Below, in pieces: positions 56,030 through 64,000 of a DNA stretch of 64,000 nucleotides. This DNA comes from Candidatus Obscuribacter phosphatis (GTDB taxonomy: Bacteria > Cyanobacteriota > Vampirovibrionia > Obscuribacterales > Obscuribacteraceae): NCBI GenBank assembly GCA_017303615.1, contig JAFLCK010000026.1, positions 4,357 through 68,356 on the forward strand, read 5' to 3'. Positions within the stretch are counted from its first letter, which is position 1; each line of letters begins with the position of its first letter. The translations under genes were made by a program, and so were the position numbers. Below the pieces are notes generated by a model. That model searched no databases, had not been told where the DNA came from, and saw only the letters and a list, made by a program, of their open reading frames with translations.

Positions 56030-57550
56030 TCAGGCTCCGTGAGCGTCCTCTTTCTTTTGGGGCAGGTCGGCTTCTTCTGTTTCTTTGGCAGCCGGACCAG
56101 TTATTTTAGAACCAGGTGTAACAACAATGACGAAGTCTGAGCTGGAGCGCGGCTCGGGAGAGACATTGACCGGATAGGCTTCTAACTCTGGAATGGCTTG
56201 CTTGACTGCCTGGGTGAGCTGATCGTCGGCTCTAAATGAGGTCTGCACCAAAAGCTCATGTTGGCATTCAGAGAGGTCTGCCTTTTGAATCCAGCGTACA
56301 TTATAACCCTTCTCTTTCAGGCGCCCTTCAAGGTTGCGGGCTGTCTCTTCGCAGCCTTTGGGATATTTCACTACAACCGAGGGCGGCTTGGTTCCTGCCG
56401 CTTGGGCACATTCAGAATTGACCAAGTCGTTTGAATAGGCAGCGTACGAGACCGATGATTGATCGTTGATGTCGCTGGTCATATCGCTATTGTGAACGGC
56501 ATGAATATGCGCACCAGTATTGGTGGCAATCACTGAAACTGATAGAGGGGCACCGGCCATGCGGTGCAAGACCAGGGCGGAAGTGTCGGGAGTGGGCACC
56601 CAATAGCTGCCGCCATTGATGGTCACCGGCTCACCGGGTAAGGTGGCGGTTTGAATTTGGTTGGTCTTTAAGTCTTTGCAAAAGGCAGCCAACTTGAGCA
56701 TATCTGTTGGTTCTAGGTCGGTGCGTACATATTCACCGGCTAATTTGCAAAGCTCGGGCAACTTCAATAATACTTGCGGTTCTTCCAGCTTTTTCTTGAC
56801 CTGGCGCAAAAACCATTGCTGTCTTTCGATGCGGCCGATATCACCCCTGGGGTCATGGCGAAAGCGCACATATTCTTCCAATCTTGTGGCATCGAGCTTG
56901 TTTAGACCTGGTTCTAGAGCAATATTCAAATGCCCGGCGCGGTCGCGGTAGTGCATTGGTTTTTCCACCATCACTTCCACCGGCCCTAGAGCTTCAAACA
57001 ATTGCTTCAGACCTTGCACGTCTATGACCATGTAATGGTCGATAGGCACACCGAAATCTTCACTGACTGTTTGCACTGTCAGCTCTGGACCGCCTATGGC
57101 ATGGGCGGCATTGATTTTTTCGACTGTATGTTTACCGTTTGACGGATTAATGCGCACCCGGCTGTCGCGGGGGATAGAAATGAGCGAAACTTTCTTTGTC
57201 TCGGGGTCTAGGCTGGCAAGAATTATTGTGTCGGAGCGACAGCCGTTGAATCTTTCGGTATCCCTGCCGTTGCTGTCTACTCCCATCAGTAGAACATTCA
57301 TGCGGCTATCGAGCTTGGGCCAAAGATTAACTGCTTCAAGCGGATTAGCCGGTGCAGCCTTGCTTTGGCTTTGTTTACCGCTCTGAGTTTGGCTGGCTAG
57401 AGATTTGCTGGTCTTGGCAGGCATGAAGTGCATGACTGTGAGCCCAATGCCTACACCGGCCATGGTTGCCGCGACAATCTGCCAGGCTTTCGGGGATCTA
57501 TTTATATGCGGCTCAGAAAATCTGCTTTTCATACTTACACTTTGTGCCAA
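56030..57550 (-). CDS. LytR-CpsA-Psr (LCP) family cell-envelope glycopolymer ligase with LytR_C-like tail
   Basis: N-terminal TM anchor. NVLLMGVDS...RSDTIILASL...SIPRDS and NAAHAIGGP blocks. Confidence 0.85.
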   Translation of the reverse strand: MAQSVSMKSRFSEPHINRSPKAWQIVAATMAGVGIGLTVMHFMPAKTSKSLASQTQSGKQSQSKAAPANPLEAVNLWPKLDSRMNVLLMGVDSNGRDTERFNGCRSDTIILASLDPETKKVSLISIPRDSRVRINPSNGKHTVEKINAAHAIGGPELTVQTVSEDFGVPIDHYMVIDVQGLKQLFEALGPVEVMVEKPMHYRDRAGHLNIALEPGLNKLDATRLEEYVRFRHDPRGDIGRIERQQWFLRQVKKKLEEPQVLLKLPELCKLAGEYVRTDLEPTDMLKLAAFCKDLKTNQIQTATLPGEPVTINGGSYWVPTPDTSALVLHRMAGAPLSVSVIATNTGAHIHAVHNSDMTSDINDQSSVSYAAYSNDLVNSECAQAAGTKPPSVVVKYPKGCEETARNLEGRLKEKGYNVRWIQKADLSECQHELLVQTSFRADDQLTQAVKQAIPELEAYPVNVSPEPRSSSDFVIVVTPGSKITGPAAKETEEADLPQKKEDAHGA

Positions 57551-57849
57551 GTCAGGTTCATTTAATATCCTGGTTTTGGTTAGCTTGCTTACCTTGGATT
57601 TTAAGAGGATGTTAAATTACCGCGTTACTTTGTTTTTTCACGGCACTTTTAGGCCGTCGGTAAGTTTGCCATTCCAAGCGAAATTTGACATTAAATGGCT
57701 GGAATGTACCAGGGATAAGGGTCTTTTCTATTTACTTCTGTTTACAAGGGGCTCTTTCTTTTTGCCGGGCTTGTCTATATGAGTAATCAAAGGCTTATAC
57801 TTTGGGCATTGAGCCTTAATTTTGTAGATTTCTGCAAAGGGAGTTAGAC

Positions 57850-58521
57850 GTGCAACTATTTTTAGATACAGCCAATCTGGACGAGATTCGTGAGATTGCC
57901 GCCTGGGGTGTTCTTGATGGTATAACCACAAACCCTTCCTTGGTGAGCAAAGAGAAGCAGGATTTCAAGAAACTAGTTCAAGAAATCTGCCAAATAGTGC
58001 CTGGTCCGGTCAGCGCCGAAGTGATCGCCACCGACCCGCAAGGCATGATTAAGGAAGGACGAGAGATTGCTAAATGGGCTCCGAACGTAATTGTGAAAGC
58101 CCCTCTCACCCCGGCTGGTTTGCAAGCCACCAGTGTGCTTTCTAAAGAAGGCATCAAGGTCAATGTTACCCTCTGTTTCTCTACCAACCAAGCCTTGTTG
58201 GCCGCCCGTGCCGGTGCTTATTTTGTCAGCCCTTTCGTTGGTCGTCTTGATGATATAAACCAGGACGGTTCTCAACTCATTCAAGAGATTGCCGACATGT
58301 TTGCTATCCATGACCTAGAAACAAAGGTCTTGGCCGCCAGCATCCGTAATCCGGTGCATGTCACCCAGGCTGCCTTGGCCGGCGCCGACATTGCCACCAT
58401 GCCCTACAAGATCTTCAAGCAGCTGGTCTCTCATCCTCTCACCGATAAAGGCGTTGAGTCTTTCTTGGCTGATTGGAATAAAGCTAAGGACAGCGTTGGC
58501 GCTGTTGTTGCTGCTAAGTAA
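57850..58521 (+). CDS. tal: Short-form transaldolase / fructose-6-phosphate aldolase (class 3B)
   Basis: GTG start. [53 protein letters not shown]. Confidence 0.9.
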   Translation: MQLFLDTANLDEIREIAAWGVLDGITTNPSLVSKEKQDFKKLVQEICQIVPGPVSAEVIATDPQGMIKEGREIAKWAPNVIVKAPLTPAGLQATSVLSKEGIKVNVTLCFSTNQALLAARAGAYFVSPFVGRLDDINQDGSQLIQEIADMFAIHDLETKVLAASIRNPVHVTQAALAGADIATMPYKIFKQLVSHPLTDKGVESFLADWNKAKDSVGAVVAAK

Positions 58522-58566
58522 GAGTGAGCAAGGCATTGCCCTGTTTCAGGCGACTGAGGCAGGGCA

Positions 58567-59862
58567 TTGTCTATAATTAGGATGGGTCTTAAATTGCAGG
58601 CAGAAACCATTCTGAATAAGTCGGGAGATCAAGGCGAGGAGTTTGGACCAAGCGGCTTTCTTGAGCTTGGCGGCAATACACTCGTGGTTGATTTCGGCAA
58701 TATTTTGATGTCCGATACAGTGGTTGGTTTTCTTTATGAAGACGGCCATATCAAGATTCTGGGTGCTTCCGAGAAAGAATCGAAAGAATTACGCGTCATT
58801 GACGATCTGGAAGATTGTGTCTTTAGAGGCATTGACTCTCGCGGTCTAGAGCTTACCCTGCCTATTTTGAAAGAAGGCGGGCCCACAGGCGATCTTTACT
58901 ATAACGAGAGACATCTGACTGTCATCAATGGCAGAGTGGCTACCGCCGATCATCATTTGGTCGGCGTGATGGACGACGGTCTCTCTTTGGCTGTGCGCGA
59001 TCACTGCACCATGACTCCCTTTCGAAGGGTGGAAGAGGCGAACATGCTGGCTTTCTATTTTGAGGGACAAACCTCGGAAGGCAAGTCAGTCAAGAAAGAT
59101 TATCTCAAGCCCCTCTATCGCCGGGACAAGAGCTATGGCGAGAATGAGATTATTCGCTATTTTCAAGATTTTGATCGACTTGGTGTCCAACAGAAAAAGT
59201 ATGTTATCGACAGTCTCAATATTTGGGCGCGTTCAGGCATCTTACAAGTGGTGCGCAAGAGCGAAGGCAATTGTGCCATGGGTAATGTCAAACACGGTGC
59301 GGCCGGAGTGACGCGTGTGCGCACCGGCATGGTCGATTTAGATGCCGAAGAGTTTGATCGCGATATCGATTTATTCAAGCGCTTCGGAACTCTAGCCAGT
59401 GTTACATCGCCCTTCCCGCCCTATGTAGAAGTGAGAGTCAACCTGGTTGTTTCGCATGAATTTGGCCATCAATTGCAGTTTTGTCTGTCGCAGGCAAGCC
59501 AAGATCGAATCGGCGAACTGTATCGCAATCGACTAGAGCGTTGTCGTATCGATAATCCGCCACCGCCTGGTTATGAAGGCTATTCTGAGCTTGTTCGACC
59601 GGAAAGATTGAACTTCCGGCAGTTTATTTCTGGTTATTCCGCCACATCTAAAGAAGAGTATTGGGCTGAGGCTGTGGCGGCTTTTTCTATTGCCGAAAGC
59701 CGACAGATCTTGCAAGCGATGGATCCTGGCATATGCAAGATTTTGACAGAAATACTGGAAAAGCCGCATTTGCATTTTTCACCTGTCTTGGTCGAACCGA
59801 TTCTCGATTTGCAAGCCAGTCTGCGAGCCGGGCTGGCCATGCCCGAAGATTTACTCGGTTGA
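58567..59862 (+). CDS. Putative gluzincin metallopeptidase (anthrax-LF/MtfA-like HEFGH...EEYWAEA)
   Basis: VVSHEFGHQLQF (His 297, His 301) and a downstream SKEEYWAEAVAAF helix. No signal peptide seen. Confidence 0.55.
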   Translation: MSIIRMGLKLQAETILNKSGDQGEEFGPSGFLELGGNTLVVDFGNILMSDTVVGFLYEDGHIKILGASEKESKELRVIDDLEDCVFRGIDSRGLELTLPILKEGGPTGDLYYNERHLTVINGRVATADHHLVGVMDDGLSLAVRDHCTMTPFRRVEEANMLAFYFEGQTSEGKSVKKDYLKPLYRRDKSYGENEIIRYFQDFDRLGVQQKKYVIDSLNIWARSGILQVVRKSEGNCAMGNVKHGAAGVTRVRTGMVDLDAEEFDRDIDLFKRFGTLASVTSPFPPYVEVRVNLVVSHEFGHQLQFCLSQASQDRIGELYRNRLERCRIDNPPPPGYEGYSELVRPERLNFRQFISGYSATSKEEYWAEAVAAFSIAESRQILQAMDPGICKILTEILEKPHLHFSPVLVEPILDLQASLRAGLAMPEDLLG

Positions 59863-59906
59863 GTTTATTGATTGTTCAAATAGTATAGAGCGATAGTTTT
59901 GAGGTC

Positions 59907-61442
59907 ATGAGTTCAAGAGCAGAAAAGAGAAAGCCGGTTAATCCAGTTGAGAAGCGCTCTCAGGCTCTTCTAATGGGGGCTTTGCTTGCTTCTTATTCTT
60001 GTATTTGTGCTGCTCAGGCTGAAGAACTCAAACTTCAACCAATCAGTCCAGAGGCGGCTCAGATGGATGCTCCGCCTCCACCACCGCAGAATGCCGCCTC
60101 ACCAAATAATCCTTTCGGTTCAAATATTCAAGGGCAGCCCCTCAATAAGGCGCGAAGTATTGATGAGGAGCCCCGGGAGTCAGCTACACCACAAGATGAG
60201 TATCGCTTGACCGCTTTGGAGCAAAAGGCATTTGGTACTACCTATAGTGAGCATGAAGCGGTCGATAGGTTGGACCATTTAGAGAAGGAAGTGTTTGGTT
60301 CGGCAAAGCAAGGGGCTCTGGGTGAGCGGATTGCTCGTCTGGAAAGCAAGCTTTTAGGTGGTAGCGCCTTTGGTGGCGGTTTTGGTAGTGCATTTCCTAG
60401 TAATGCATCTGGTTTTTCTCAGGGGGGGCAAGGATCTAGACCAGTGGTTCAGCCCCCCAATATGACTAGCCAAAATGTCAATACGGCACCGGCGCAATCA
60501 GGCTGGCAGAACCCATCTAGTATGTCGAATATTTCAAGTCCGGCACCGGCGCAATCAGGCTGGCAGAACCCATCTAGTATGTCGAGTATTTCAAGTCCGG
60601 CACCGGCGCAATCAGGCTGGCAGAGTGCTTCTAATGTGACTAGACCAAATACAACACCAGCTCAATCAGGCTGGCAGAGTTCTCCGAGTTCTCCCGCCTG
60701 GTCGGGGCAAACACCCAATAGTGCCGGTCGCCCCCCTCTGCCAAACTCTCAGTTTGGTAAACTACCCCAAGGTTCCTTGCCCCAATCAGCTGCTCCGGCG
60801 CCAAGCGGAGTGCTTTCACTTGATGCCGCCATGGTTGCTTCTAGTTTGCCTTTTGATGCCAATGCCGGTGATTATCTCTCGGCTGTTACCGCCTTTCCTG
60901 GCGCCACCGGCAGCGGTACTACCTATGCCCGTTGGACATCCTTTCCGTTGCGGGTGAAAGTGCCTGCCGGCACGCCTGAGAGTTGGACCCGCAGTGTGGA
61001 AGCGGTAATTGCCCGCTGGGGTCAGTATCTGCCGGTTAAATTGGCCCTGCCCAAAGAAGAAGTAAATGCCGAAATTATTTGGGTGAATACTTTACCCAAA
61101 GGAGTCTTGGGTGTGACTCGTTTGGCTGTGAAAGACGGTCGTATGCGCACTTGGATCTACTTGCTGCGCCCCAGTTTCTATCCGCCTGAAATACCAGAAA
61201 GAGCCCTCTCGCCGGTCTTCATGCGCGAGCTTGGCCATGTGATGGGCCTTTATTGCAAGAGCGACCGTCCTGAAGACTTGATGTATCAGCCGCCGGCCGG
61301 TACCGCCCCCGCCAAAGTCTTTGCCCGCACCATCGGTTTAAGTGCAAGAGATATAAACACGCTTAGACGGCTTTACCAGTCGCCGCCGCTGCCAGGCAAC
61401 CTGACTCTCAACCAACCGATGGAATGGGCTACAGGCTATTAG
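59907..61442 (+). CDS. Secreted protein with tandem PAPAQSGWQ repeats and C-terminal matrixin-like domain carrying RExxHxxGxxC instead of HExxHxxGxxH
   Basis: Signal peptide LLMGALLASYSCICAAQA. FMRELGHVMGLYCKSD...LMY...LSARDINTLRRLY parallels the metzincin HEFGHxLGLxHS...MY...LxxDDIxGIQxLYG. Confidence 0.7.
   Translation: MSSRAEKRKPVNPVEKRSQALLMGALLASYSCICAAQAEELKLQPISPEAAQMDAPPPPPQNAASPNNPFGSNIQGQPLNKARSIDEEPRESATPQDEYRLTALEQKAFGTTYSEHEAVDRLDHLEKEVFGSAKQGALGERIARLESKLLGGSAFGGGFGSAFPSNASGFSQGGQGSRPVVQPPNMTSQNVNTAPAQSGWQNPSSMSNISSPAPAQSGWQNPSSMSSISSPAPAQSGWQSASNVTRPNTTPAQSGWQSSPSSPAWSGQTPNSAGRPPLPNSQFGKLPQGSLPQSAAPAPSGVLSLDAAMVASSLPFDANAGDYLSAVTAFPGATGSGTTYARWTSFPLRVKVPAGTPESWTRSVEAVIARWGQYLPVKLALPKEEVNAEIIWVNTLPKGVLGVTRLAVKDGRMRTWIYLLRPSFYPPEIPERALSPVFMRELGHVMGLYCKSDRPEDLMYQPPAGTAPAKVFARTIGLSARDINTLRRLYQSPPLPGNLTLNQPMEWATGY
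60483..60625 (+). repeat. 57-bp in-frame tandem repeat (2.5 near-identical copies; a more diverged copy follows to about 60690)
   Basis: CCGGCACCGGCGCAATCAGGCTGGCAGAACCCATCTAGTATGTCGA(A/G)TATTTCAAGT is repeated. The two full copies differ at one base, plus the first base of the first copy. Confidence 0.9.
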
Positions 61443-61459
61443 ATTGTCTGCACTTGGTG

Positions 61460-62032
61460 CTATTGGTTCATCGGCTTGTAGCCGGCCGGGACAACGAACA
61501 AATCGGCTTTGGGCTGGTTCATATTCACCGATTTGAGATTGTTCTCGGTGATGTAGTTTCCCGCTTGGGTGCGCGAATGCACTAAAATTCCTGCCTTCTC
61601 ATCAACCCAGTGTTCCGAGACGCCGTTTGGCAATTTCAACTTCCAGCCATGGCAGTTATGTCCCAAAACTTCTTTGAAACCAAGGTCTTCGGCGTTTTTC
61701 TTCTTAGCCAACTCAGGAGTGAGATCCCCTTCGTATTCTTGGGCAATCGGATTTTTGATCACCATTTTCTGGGCTTCCATAAGGGTGTATGTGGTTTTGC
61801 CTGGATAGTCCATGATGGTCACCATTTTGCTTGGACCGACATTGACCTCGGTGCGCAAATGCCCTTTGCCGTCTGAGATTGAGCGCATCGATGAGACGCC
61901 TGTGGGAGTTTTTACCTCATAAGTGGCATCGTAAAGCTTTGGATATAATTGACCGCCGGCTAGAGCCGCACTGTTTAGAGAAAGCAGAGAGAAGGACACC
62001 AGGGCGAAAAGCAGAGCCTGTGGTTTTTTCAT
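61460..62032 (-). CDS. Hypothetical secreted protein (possibly DUF4412/LolA-like)
   Basis: Signal peptide MKKPQALLFALVSFSLLSLNSAALA. Beta-rich. Ends with ...FVVPAGYKPM. Confidence 0.6.
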   Translation of the reverse strand: MKKPQALLFALVSFSLLSLNSAALAGGQLYPKLYDATYEVKTPTGVSSMRSISDGKGHLRTEVNVGPSKMVTIMDYPGKTTYTLMEAQKMVIKNPIAQEYEGDLTPELAKKKNAEDLGFKEVLGHNCHGWKLKLPNGVSEHWVDEKAGILVHSRTQAGNYITENNLKSVNMNQPKADLFVVPAGYKPMNQ

Positions 62033-62170
62033 GACTTATGACCTGTGCTTAAGGTGATGGAATAAAAGAACGGGACTGAGCTTAGCACCCTTTCTTTGAA
62101 ATTGTTCATGCTTAAGTAGCTCTTTAAGAGCGACAATTAGGGTGTATCAGCTGAGCCAGGGAGAAAAGCC

Positions 62171-63013
62171 GTGACTGTTCAGACCAAGGAAATAACAATT
62201 GCTCATTCGCCCGATTCGGACGATGCCTTCATGTTTTATGCTCTGGCTAAAGATAAGCTTGATACCCGCGGTCTCACCGTGCATCAGGTGCTGAAAGACA
62301 TTCAATCTCTCAACCAAGACGCCATCAATGGGCGCTATGAAGTCTCGGCAATTTCATTTGCCGCTTATCCCTTGGTGAAAGACCGCTACAAGCTCATGCC
62401 CTGCGGTGCCAGTATGGGCGATAACTATGGGCCGATGGTCATAGCCAAGCCTGGAGTCAATGCTGAGAACCTCAAAGATAAGACTGTCGCCATCCCCGGC
62501 AAGTTGACCACAGCCTATCTCACCCTCAATCTTTGGCAGCCCGGTCTTAAAGTTGTGGAAGTGCCTTTCGACCAGATCATCGACTATGTTGTGGAAGGTA
62601 AGGCTGATGCCGGTTTGATCATCCACGAAGGACAGCTGATGTACCAAGAGAGCGGTCTTGAGTTGATCGTTGATTTGGGTGTCTGGTGGCAGAAAGAAAC
62701 CGGTTTGCCTTTGCCCCTAGGCGGCAATGTGGTCAGAAAAGATCTGGGAGACACCTTGGTCAAAGAAGTGACCGACATGTTCAAAAGCGCCATTGTTTAT
62801 GCTCTTGAGCACAGACAAGACGCTCTTGATTATGCGATGACTTTTGCCCGCGATATGAAGCGCGACCTGGCTGATAAGTTTGTCGGCATGTATGTCAACG
62901 AGCTTACAGTCGACTATGGTGAGCGCGGTCGTCAGGCTGTGCGCAAACTCTTTGAAATGGCGTACGAGAAAGGCGTCACCAAAGAGCTTATCGTTCCTGA
63001 ATTTGTTGATTAG
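62171..63013 (+). CDS. Futalosine-pathway menaquinone biosynthesis protein, MqnA/MqnD family (MqnD-like N-terminus)
   Basis: GTG start. IAHSPDSDDAFMFYAL resembles the SPCPNDTFxFYAL motif. DIQSLN...EVSAIS, GASMGDNYGPMV. Confidence 0.7.
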   Translation: MTVQTKEITIAHSPDSDDAFMFYALAKDKLDTRGLTVHQVLKDIQSLNQDAINGRYEVSAISFAAYPLVKDRYKLMPCGASMGDNYGPMVIAKPGVNAENLKDKTVAIPGKLTTAYLTLNLWQPGLKVVEVPFDQIIDYVVEGKADAGLIIHEGQLMYQESGLELIVDLGVWWQKETGLPLPLGGNVVRKDLGDTLVKEVTDMFKSAIVYALEHRQDALDYAMTFARDMKRDLADKFVGMYVNELTVDYGERGRQAVRKLFEMAYEKGVTKELIVPEFVD

Positions 63014-63785
63014 CCTGGTTAGCGCTCTGGCTTGAGATCGATTCGATAAAGTTTTTCAATGTCAGTAACACCGAGTTGTCGCTGCGGCAGTAAATGTCGT
63101 TGTGATCGGCACCTTTGACCAAGAATATTTGCTTGGGCTGGCTTGCTTTCTTGTACAGTTCTTGACTGTATTTGCAGGGCAGGGTGATGTCTTTATCGCC
63201 GTGCATAAGCAAGAGCGGTGGATGAGCTTTCTCGACCGAGGCAAGATTATTCAGTTGCGGCTCAGGGTCGATAAAGTCGGGTAGGGTGCGCATAAAGAAG
63301 AGTTTGTCTTTGGCGGTTTTCATCAGCGAGACAAAGGGCGACTGCAAGATAAAGGCGCGGGGTGTGCGTTCTTTCATGACACCACTGGTAACACCGCAGC
63401 CGATTGATTCGCCATAAAGAATGATGGACGAAGATGGGTAGCCGAGCTTGTTTGTGGCGTAGTCATAGGCGGCTCTTGCATCGGGCACTAGATTGCTCAA
63501 TTTGGCTTGCCCGCCTGATTCGCCATAGCCTTGATAGTCGTATAAAAGTACTGAACTGCCAGCGCCAATCAGATTGGCCGCAATAACAATACGGTGACCA
63601 ATATTGCCGGCATTACCATGATTGACTATGGTCAAAAACTTGCTTCTAGGGTTCTTTATATAGAGCCCTGCCAGTTTATTGCCGTTTAGGGTGGGAATGC
63701 TAAGTTCACTGGTTTGGCACTTAAGGTCTCTATCAAGTATGGGCAGGCAGGTTTTCCAGCTCATATCCGCGCTGGGGAAGAGCAC
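62988..63785 (-). CDS. Alpha/beta-fold hydrolase
   Basis: HGNAGN, nucleophile elbow LYGESIGCG, late GDKD...and GADHND (Asp/His of the triad). Confidence 0.75.
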   Translation of the reverse strand: MLFPSADMSWKTCLPILDRDLKCQTSELSIPTLNGNKLAGLYIKNPRSKFLTIVNHGNAGNIGHRIVIAANLIGAGSSVLLYDYQGYGESGGQAKLSNLVPDARAAYDYATNKLGYPSSSIILYGESIGCGVTSGVMKERTPRAFILQSPFVSLMKTAKDKLFFMRTLPDFIDPEPQLNNLASVEKAHPPLLLMHGDKDITLPCKYSQELYKKASQPKQIFLVKGADHNDIYCRSDNSVLLTLKNFIESISSQSANQANQQIQER

Positions 63786-64000
63786 CAGTTTATCTTTGAT
63801 TCCAAATATGATGATAAGAGAAAGTAGAACATAGAAGTGTCCTGGCTACGACTCTTTGGACCAAAGACCGGGACTTTTAAGTTCAGCTTCTAAATACAGA
63901 CTAAGTATATCATCAGTGGCACCGATAGTAGTGGCGCTAGACTTAAACTATATATGATTTGCCTGCCGTACCCCATGCGGCACATGCCGAAAATCGCCAG

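Overview
This is a chromosomal window from a diderm bacterium (lpxI is present); I cannot assign a phylum from sequence alone. I support about 45 protein-coding genes. I recognised no rRNA, tRNA, CRISPR array or intact mobile element.

Recognisable housekeeping genes:
- lpxI, a YjbQ-family gene, and type III glutamine synthetase glnN
- typA/bipA and rsgA
- a minus-strand operon: glycine-zipper protein, glpD, 2-hydroxyacid dehydrogenase, GT-C-like membrane protein
- an SDR translationally coupled to pgeF
- a divergent, isolated nuoM/nuoL pair
- korA/korB 2-oxoacid:ferredoxin oxidoreductase
- dinB, an LCP-family ligase, transaldolase, and an MqnA/MqnD-family gene

Between these lie many secreted, repetitive or signalling proteins:
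- a Ser/Thr kinase with a C-terminal LRR ectodomain
- a CHASE3-GGDEF-EAL protein
- a TPR-CHAT protein whose catalytic dyad appears substituted
- a CAP/VWA gene pair
- two zincin-like proteins, one with altered metal ligands

Most interesting observations:
1. A 2652-aa ORF (47103..55061, minus strand) has no Sec signal. It combines annexin-like repeats, a Gly/Ala-rich hydrophobic block, an HExxH motif, a PRTase-like motif and a C-terminal CX5R tyrosine-phosphatase domain. This is an effector-like mosaic that I do not recognise as a described family.
2. A secreted 951-aa protein is built from 11 tandem ~83-aa repeats, each containing a SHOCT-like motif.
3. An AT-rich islet (about 12.3-16.2 kb) carries a gene that keeps both ends of an IS1595-type transposase but lacks the DDE core. 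A perfect 38-bp palindrome lies just upstream of it.
4. dinB's conserved N-terminus, including the catalytic Asp, is encoded upstream of the first ATG. It lines up with an ATT codon four codons after an in-frame TAG.
5. A (DSHSH)n histidine-rich membrane protein sits directly behind nuoL.

All domain calls come from motif recognition by eye. None has been checked by a database search.
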